DNA of 64,000 bases from Balanoglossus misakiensis (Eukaryota > Animalia > Hemichordata), in assembly GCA_040954595.2 (NCBI GenBank), contig CM082583.2:12314987-12378986 (forward strand), given 5' to 3'. Position 1 is the stretch's first letter, and each line of letters begins with the position of its first letter. The translations under genes and the position numbers were made by a program. Shown here piece after piece: positions 55,121 to 64,000 of this stretch. The notes under the pieces were generated by a model. The model did no database searches. It had not been told where the DNA came from and saw nothing but the letters and a program-made list of their open reading frames with translations.

Positions 55121-58100
55121 TAAGTGATATCAACTGATTCACTCCACTTGCAAAAGATGACCGAGGTGAAAACACACTCTCACAAAGCAGCGATACAACA
55201 GGTGGGAGAAATATCACGCACAGCAACACCTGCCAGGACTCAAAATGGAAAATTAATTCACTTTTTTACGAGACAGGGTTGATTTTAATAATGGAAACCC
55301 AGACATATAGCATGGTCATCAGATTTCACCGATATCGGTCCTGGTGTATCAATTACTTTCCAAATGAGCTGCGCGCAGGATGCAGCCATTAGAGTAGGAC
55401 AGCTTGGCTCACTTTCTAATAGCTTGGAAAAGCTCACACATTGTGCGGCGTGGCCATTTTTAATAGCCTGGTGCATTTTCCCGAATAGATCACTTCATCA
55501 AAGCAGTCGGGGATGCCAATCTGATGGCGTGTATCAGCTGCTGCTTATCCGATATCCTGTGTTGTTATTTGATTTTGTTGTGCCCGCTAATATTCCATTC
55601 TGCTGATTTCCGCGGCAACCAAATGGGCTCGCACCAGACATCCTGTTTGGATACGCGCGGTATATGTTTGACTGGCATCTCCTTCACCTTACTGCATCAT
55701 CTGGCGTTTGCTTTCTGCAGGGTAAAACTGCCCTACAATCCATTCCACATCCACCGTTCGATGCAGACAGCAACCATTTACATGCTGATTTGCATAAAAT
55801 TTACCCCAAGGAGAACCGGCAAACCGGACTTTATACCATAAACAGCCCTGCAACACATTACAAATTGTTCTCACTAGATCTAATTATTCATGTACTAGCT
55901 CTTTCATTAGTTTCTTGCCATGTGCTGTCAATATCAAAACATTTATGAACTTGCCAACTTTTTAAAAGCTATATCAATGACAAATCTTGCGTCTCCACAT
56001 TTATTTAGACATCTGATAACGTCATTTATTACCATGGTACATGCATAATTGCCTGGGGTTACACAATTATCTCCAGACCAATCAGAATAAACAATATTCC
56101 CATATGTGACTCAGACAGTTCACAAAAACATGATTATTTGCGTCCTGATGGATTTGTTTCAGCTGAAAAAATATTTTTGGTAACCATTCCGGAAGAAACA
56201 AACAAATTTCTGTTCATTAACTCTTTCGACCAATAGAAAAGATGGATCAGTCTCAAAACAGTGAAAGGTAGAAAAAGACCAGAAGAGCAGAGATAGAAAA
56301 CAGCCATTTTTTTTCACTAAACCACTATTTAATGAAGACTGGTGATGTTTAATTAGTACTTAGTGGCGAGGAAACTAACATGGTTACAATCCCAGGCAAT
56401 GTGACTGTTTTAATTTAACATGTTACAGTTTAAGCTTTTCCACATTAGCCACACTTTATTTGTTGCATGGAATTAAATCTCAACTAGCACAGCAGATTGA
56501 TGGGGGCGGACACGGTACGATAAAAATTCCATAATCCTTGTCAAGGAGCATTATCTTTCAAAAGTGATGATAATAGAGTGAGATCGTTGAAATTAAGAAT
56601 TAGCCAAAGTGCCTGCTGTCTGATGGATTGTGCCATTATATAAAAGCATCATTATTATACAGTTGAATTGGCCAATATAAAACTTTCTCCAGTGAGTCAG
56701 CTGACCTGTTGAGAGTGCATTAGATCATCTGGCTGACTGAGCATCTCAGAGACCGACTCCACCTGTCGCTCTCACTTCAGATTGGACTGAACTGCAATTT
56801 AAATCGAGATGCTCCTCATTCGCCGATGAGCACAGAAGTCATTACAGATGTACCAGGTACTAGTGGTTCGCAAATAACTCAGCACGTAAACAGAACATCA
56901 CCTACACATCTGCATTCTCTCTCTCTCTCTCTCCTCTCTCTCTATTTTGACACAGTTTTCAATTTCAAAATTGCCACGATCATCTATGTAATATCAATTG
57001 GAAATCTTGACGTGCGCTTACGGTAGTGATGAAGTCTATAATGCAGCCTATGATAAATTCCCCATCATTTTCTTTGGTCGTAGGAACTAAAAATAACATG
57101 AATAATCTGCCAATCCACTATGAAAAGAAGTAATCCAAATAAAGTATAGATCTTCCCATCACTTCGATCAGAGGAATTCAGCTGCCGATAGTTTATCAGA
57201 CAGCTATTGTCAACATACAGACGTAACTTTCGGTGAGTGAAATCATGTTTACATATTACAAGACTGCTCAATGTATTTTTGAATGATGATTACCTCGTCC
57301 TCAATATTATATGTCTGAAAGTTTTCTGCTTTTTGACTATTTGAGATCAATTTTCTATTCCTGAGATTAATGCTCCATTTTTAAACTAAACCCTCGAGTA
57401 ATCGTGTGTGCATTAAATGGAAAAACAGCAGAGACAGGAAAATTACAGGCATAAACTCTTTTCTACAGTTTCTTGGTAACAAAAAAATAGTGAAAGCTGA
57501 CCAGACATTTATCTATTAAAGATGATAATATTCTGGTCATTTGCGTGAATACAATTACATGTTCCAATTTTTATCATCTTTTACTTCCCCTTTATTTTTA
57601 TTTTACTTATTATTATTAATACTTATTTTTTTTCTGAAACAACTGTCCTCTGGACAGTGGGAATCTCTATTGTTGCCACAGACATAGCAAACACCACAGG
57701 TAAATGCCTGCTGTCCAAACACAACACCAGAAACAAACAAGAAACCACCCATTTTTGCAAGTTTGAGTGAAAAAAAAGACTCCCCATTGTCTGTCAACTT
57801 CTTCAAATTAAACGTCTAATTTATCTCAAGTCTGTTGACAGATTGAGTGGATGACTGTTCGATCTCGAAGACAGTCATTCATCCGAAACGAGGAGTCCTT
57901 GCACAGACGTAATTATCCCTCGAACAATGTTCCGGAAGACCACCGCCACACGCGGTGTAATAACCGCATTAGCGGGCTGTTGCATCATGTCGCCATGGCA
58001 ACGTGAGCTTGAGTGTAACCTGTCATTTTTGATTAGTCATTTTTTCACACCAAGGAGAGTCAGTGGGGAATCCCACAGTGGTTCTGCAGATCAGCTTTTA

Positions 58101-61100
58101 CCAGCTGTTTTAAAATATTACGATGTGACTACCATACGGTCATTGGTGCAATTTGCTCAGTAATGACACAGGATTACTTAAATTGAACAGGTGAATCTAT
58201 TTCAAGATATTTGAATATATATTTCACCTCAGTGATACAAGAAATAATTTATATCTTACAAAATTTATGTTACAAAAAAAAAATTTTCTTCCCCAATTCA
58301 TTTTATGAATAGAAAACTGGGGTCATGAATCTTTAAAAAAAAACAGGAAAAGAGAATTACGATCAGTCATCCAAAGATATCTGGCGAATAAAACTATATC
58401 TATTTCATATCTCAGGGGGAAATTTTCCGCTCGTTTTCACATTTCAATGTGATCCATCAAACCATCGCAAGACAAAGTTTCGACAAGCAAGCTGAAAACT
58501 GCACTTATAAAGAATATCACAGCACAGTGCTTCTCCAAACCATGTTCAGATCAAAAAGAATTCTGACAGGGAAAGTCACACCATCACAGTAATTATTTGA
58601 TGAAGGCAAAAGTTCAACTGGTGTTAGTTTAGTTCAATGTGAATTTCACCTTTGACCTAAAGGCTTATGAACCCTTTAATGATAAAACAAAATTGAAAAA
58701 AATCAACCCGTCAACTTCATCAAGTTTAAAGTGAGTAAAGTTTGAACTTTTTTGCGTGCATTGTTCCTACGAATCAGTAACTTTCCAAAACCATAATTAG
58801 ATGTGGCAACTTATGTTCCAGAATACCATATGGGCATGATGAGCAATAATATCTTTTGGCCTGTGTCACATATAATATTTTAGTCTTTATTGTATTTACA
58901 ATAACTCCTGGTTTTTGGAAACCCACCAGCCTTTTCAGTCCCTCTTTTATAAAGTTTGAACGATCAAAAAACATCTGTTGGTTCTTGAAGGAATGGTTAA
59001 GACAGTGTTGATTTTTCTGCAGTATCAATATTGAAACTGTTCTCTATAGCATTGCAGGTTGTCAACAAACAAAACTGCGTCGAAATCATTTTGAATTAGA
59101 AAACTTTACTTGTGAAGAGAGAAAACACTGTGGTCAATTGATCCAGTGGGTCGAAATGAACTAGGGTGCACAAACTGACAAAGGGGTATACAGCATTACA
59201 AATCAAACAAGAGGCAACAATAGGTAGCGGTGACGCAGACATCGGCTTGCATTGCAGCAGACAGTAGAGCACCTTGAATGCACGATATTGTCTGTAAACC
59301 GAGCGCACAAAAGAAACAGCAATTATCTGGTGACCCATGAAGACTGCCAATGTGTTAATCAAAACTGGACTACACGGCCAGGGCAGTCGCCGCGACATCG
59401 GAGCCTTTCAGGAAAGCCATGTTAGGAGTGTAAAGGCAACAAATGTTCTCGTCCCCCCAAGTACAGGTTTTCAGCCCCAAAACGCTGCCATCTATAATCA
59501 CGCGCCCCGGCCGCAACAATTGACAGACAGGTGTCTTTGTGCCTCAGCCTGGATCTCTTATTGATCGTTGTCTCCTTTCAGCGCTCACAAACACAACCCC
59601 GCTATTTGGACACCGGCATTCATCACACTTGCAGAAGCTCATAATATGATTAACAGACAACAATGGATCCCACACCGGTTAGCTAATTACAAAATCTATC
59701 GCACAGCAGGGTACCAGTGAAAGGACAGCTCGGACAATGTCCCACAAATGCCAATATTAATGTCTGTACAGTTCAGTAACACCATACTCTGAATATATCT
59801 AGTTTAATAATTCCAAATTGCAATGCCAAAAAACTTCAAAATTCTGTTCACATCAAAGTAAGCCTTTTTAATGCCTTAACAATGCCCTTGTTTTTTTGTG
59901 TGGACTCTCTGTCCAAAAAATCTAAACAAGTTCGTGTTTACAGCAATATGACGAAAACGTTACAAAATACACAATTTCAAATTTGGGTTTACAGCCAAAA
60001 TTTGTCTCTTTCACTACACTTTTTAACATGAAACCTGTGGTCTGAGACACAAATGAACAATAGCCAGTGAACAATAGATTAGAAATTATTTATATACGCT
60101 GTCCTAGCAACTACAGCTTACGTACATGCCTATACACCTGTTGTTACTATGGTTGAGTTTATAAGCCGTGGTCAGAAAATACTCTCAACGCCAACTCCAC
60201 CTAAAGACGGCTTTTCACAAAATTCAAGTAGAAGGTATATTAATTAATGAAGTCTAGGCAAATCTCCTTGAAATAAAAATTTTACTGCCCCCCCCCAAAC
60301 TTGAAGTGGTTGGTCCCTTTATAATATGTCTGAAATTATCCACTTCATAAGTCTATTCTGTGTTCCACTTCACAATGCCTCTCTAACTTTGATTGTGGAT
60401 TCCTTCGAGGAGATATTGAACCTGCAGCCTTCTGACCCTGTAATTACGAACTTCGCAAATGAGCAACAAAACGACCGCATTTCCAATCAGTCGTTGCCAC
60501 GGCGACTCATCCAAATGAATTAAATCCGGGTCTGCAGCTGTCTGGAATAATGTGGATGACTGCGAGAGCACATGGCTTAACAAACTCCACACAGCCTGTG
60601 CCGTTTAATGACCGCCGTCGCCATGCCAACCCAGCCCGCTGATGAGCGTATTACCAAGCGAGGCTTACTCTCCTTAAAAGAGATTTGCATTGAACTGCAA
60701 TGTCAGACACGCAAAGAAGAAGAAGAAGAGAGAGAAAAAAAAACAACCTTGTGAAATAACTACTGAACTGAATACCGCGCAAAGCACGCTCATCTCGAGA
60801 TAATCTACTCTTAAAACGCAGGAGAAAACATCCAACAAATTTGTTCAAAAGGAATATCTTTTATTACACCTGCATAGATCCCACCGCTAAAAACAGAGTT
60901 CTTGGATGGAATTAATGACTGCGTGGTAATGAAAGACAGTGAATTGATTGGATTAATTCCTCAGATTTTGCAAATCACTCTTCTTAGAACCGCATATATC
61001 AATGCTATTTTTTGTCCATATACACATGTATCTTCCATTGACTATTCATTCTAACTAAATTAATAACAGGAAAATGACTTGGGTCTGCTGAGCCTTGAGA

Positions 61101-64000
61101 AAGAAAGACAGAGAGAGAGAGGCACACACACAATTCATACATGAAAGGTTGGCACATTCCTGTCTTGTTTTTACAGACAGTACTGATGATAATTGTGGAT
61201 TTTGATCCAACTATGATGAATATCTCAAGTGTGAATCAATTTTAGACAGATTCATTCTGTGGAATGACACACAGAAATCTGATCTTTATGACACAGTCTG
61301 TCAAGGATTTTCAACTGATAATGATAGCAATATGGATCTGAAATTTAAGCATATGGTTGAAAAGATCTGAATTTTGATCATTCTTTTTAAAAAGGAATCC
61401 ATCTGTATGGATTGGGGCAGACACAGACAGACAGACAGGCAGACTGTCTCCAGTTCCTCAATTTTCTTTTCTCATAAATTCTACTCTTCACAATCCACAG
61501 GCCTCGAGCATTGAGCGCGACCGTTACAACAGAAACCACACTCTGCATGAAACATTTAATGACAAATTTCACTGCAATGTTATTTTCTCTTTCCTTCTAC
61601 CACCATTACAAGTTTTTACTGCAAATACGATCCCCGGCATATGGATTCACACAAAAAAGTGAAAAACAATTGGGATGGACCAAAAGCATGAGGGGTGACA
61701 GGGTTATCAAGGAGGTCAGGTCTTGCCCAGTTAAATAAGCCCTCATTTCATCAGTTTGGCTAAAAGCCTAAAACCACAAGAAGAACCGCGTATATATGAA
61801 CTGAGTGTAAGAGAGGTGACGTGGCCACGTGCAGCCGATAGCTGCGCACAGCAGGCAGCCACTGTTGTCATAAGTAATGACCTGATAATGATCCAACAAG
61901 TGAAGGTAATGTACCAAAAACTAACATCAATTACTGCGCTAAAACAACCCCTACTGTGTGGCCATTACTGCAGAAAGGGCCTACATCAATCTGCTGTAGA
62001 TGCGTGTAAGGGTTTGTATAGGCTTTGACGAGATCAGTCAGTATGTGTGGTTCTGGTATGCATGTGTAACAACAGCAGCTAGCTGAGTGCAATTATAATT
62101 ATTATTTTTTGAACTGAAAAAAATGCACAATCAATTATTAAGTATGTGCCACAGTCCTGTGAGAGGTGTGAAATGCTTAATTGTGAGTGGTGAATTATAT
62201 GGCCAACGACTTTGAAAAAAAAGTCTACAATGGGAGAAAGAAGTGTGACCGCTCATTACCTCTGATAATTAGTTCACACCCAACTTGACGTTGGTTGCCA
62301 AGCAACAAAGACCGTACATAATGATGGGCTCGGTTACTCATCATGTCACGGCCTTTAGCGATGTAAACAGAGTTCCATGGACACTGCTGTGGTGCAACTG
62401 CTTATTTTCCAATGTGTGCTTCTTACGTACTTTACAGAAACAGAGAGAGAAAATTAAAACTCTGTGGAGTGAGCGAAATCCCACAGGGTATTACATGGCC
62501 AGGCAGCGGACCTTGTTAAAAGAAATGAGATTGGCAATCTCCGATGCCAAGTATGTAATTTGTTCTAATTCACGACTGTGCGTTCTAGGCCTCTGCATAA
62601 TGATGAGAAGATAACGGTGATTCGAAACTAATCACTGGACTGAGCTTCATGCGTGTACCCGCGTACAGTGTTATTTCATTTCTACAGAGACAGATTTGAA
62701 GGTTTGAGGCGATGATTTTAAGTGCACGATGAGGCGCTGAAGTGATAAAAGCAAACGGCCCAAATCGGAATGTTTCAACTCATCAACTTGTTACGCCCAG
62801 AAGCTGGGCTTTGATCAGCCCTCGGGATGGTACCTAATGCAGGAAGAGATTCTGACTCATTTCTCCCCAAAGAGAGCGCAAATGACCTAACGTTAATTGT
62901 TGTCCAATCAATCTGCAATAAACCATGCCCTCCCTACTCTCGTTCCAGAACCATCCCGTGATGACTGACGAAAAATCCACACTGTCCTGAATTGCTCCTG
63001 ACAAACACTCATTTCCTCGTCTCCCAGCCAAGGGCGATTTTTTAAGAGAAAATTGACAGCATTAATCTTCCGAGTCATTCTGGAAGACAAGCACACCCGC
63101 GTGTGTGTGCCACCATCGCTTCCAGAGTCAACATAATTCCACTTCCACTCCGGCAGCTGCCTTTCCATTACATCAATTTCATCCAGGAAGCGTTCATGCG
63201 ATCGAAAAATCACTGATCCGACACCCCCACTTCTTGCTTTTAGAGGAATGAACATTTCAGGGCCCCTAGCACCTTGCAAGATTAAAGTGACAGCGATGGC
63301 GACCTAACTACAAGAAAAATGATGTCTCGACGGCAAACACCTAGTGACTCAGGTTTGACAGAGCTAGTCTGTTTGCATATGAAGGGCAAACTCGCAGGTA
63401 CGGCCGATTGCCGTCTTATTTTCCAAATTTAAATGGCACCTGTAAATTGCCTCTCAAATTCACACACAGAGCTCAGTCTATCTCCAAGAGTTCAAGCAAA
63501 ATGTTACCAACATGATAGTCTGAAATTAACTGATAGGACATTTCCTGATGATTGCATTCAGCTTGACATCAAGAACATGTATCTAAGACGACAAGGTGCG
63601 TTCTACAGTCTTCAGTTGAAGAAAACACATCCACACCATTACAAAAATCCTCCCGTTGAGAATCTGTACAATATTGTACATTAAGAGAAAAAAAGGCCCA
63701 CCTAGGTAGTCGGCCAGCCATTTCTATGGCAACATATAACTAAACGCATTCTTTTGAAATGTGAAATACCGCATTTCAACTTAATCATGTTCACTATTCA
63801 GAAATGTAGCACACAAAATTTGACTCTGCAGACACGAGTCTCTTTTAGATTCCTTGAGGTTTAACAGTCGTATTTCCCTTTTTTCTTGCTCTCTGTCTCT
63901 CTCTCTGCACAACAGACAGCAAAAGGTTCAACATCCTACACTGCACTGACATTCTAAACAAGCAACGAATACACAGGAAAGCCAGTATCATGTCTCAGGG

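Noticed and set aside
62908-63279. 123-aa minus-strand ORF as a possible NCX upstream exon or separate gene
   Set aside because: Non-ATG start, no transmembrane or alpha-1 motif and no recognisable domain.

Overview
AT-rich, intron-rich eukaryotic (animal) genomic DNA. It looks like a non-vertebrate, possibly an invertebrate deuterostome; this is inference. Three spliced genes account for the window, and most listed ORFs are spurious or exon fragments. (1) The 5' half of a CHD1/CHD2 chromodomain-helicase gene lies on the minus strand (about 10.9 kb to the left edge). Three of its introns each carry a copy of the same box C/D snoRNA, whose D' guide matches the 18S rRNA site equivalent to human Am1678 (SNORD82-like). 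Its 5' leader is full of uORFs and has no obvious in-frame AUG. (2) A divergent PARP14-like macro-PARP lies on the plus strand (13074-24613): 4 RRM-like modules, a large acidic insert with (GAT)28, two macrodomains, WWE and an H-Y-V ART domain. It sits behind a tight NF-kB/STAT/IRF motif cluster. (3) The 3' part of a convergent Na+/Ca2+ exchanger (SLC8/NCX-like) gene lies on the minus strand (28370 to at least 52640), with large introns holding a double-hairpin non-autonomous element, microsatellites and candidate microexons. No prokaryotic features or CRISPR arrays were seen.
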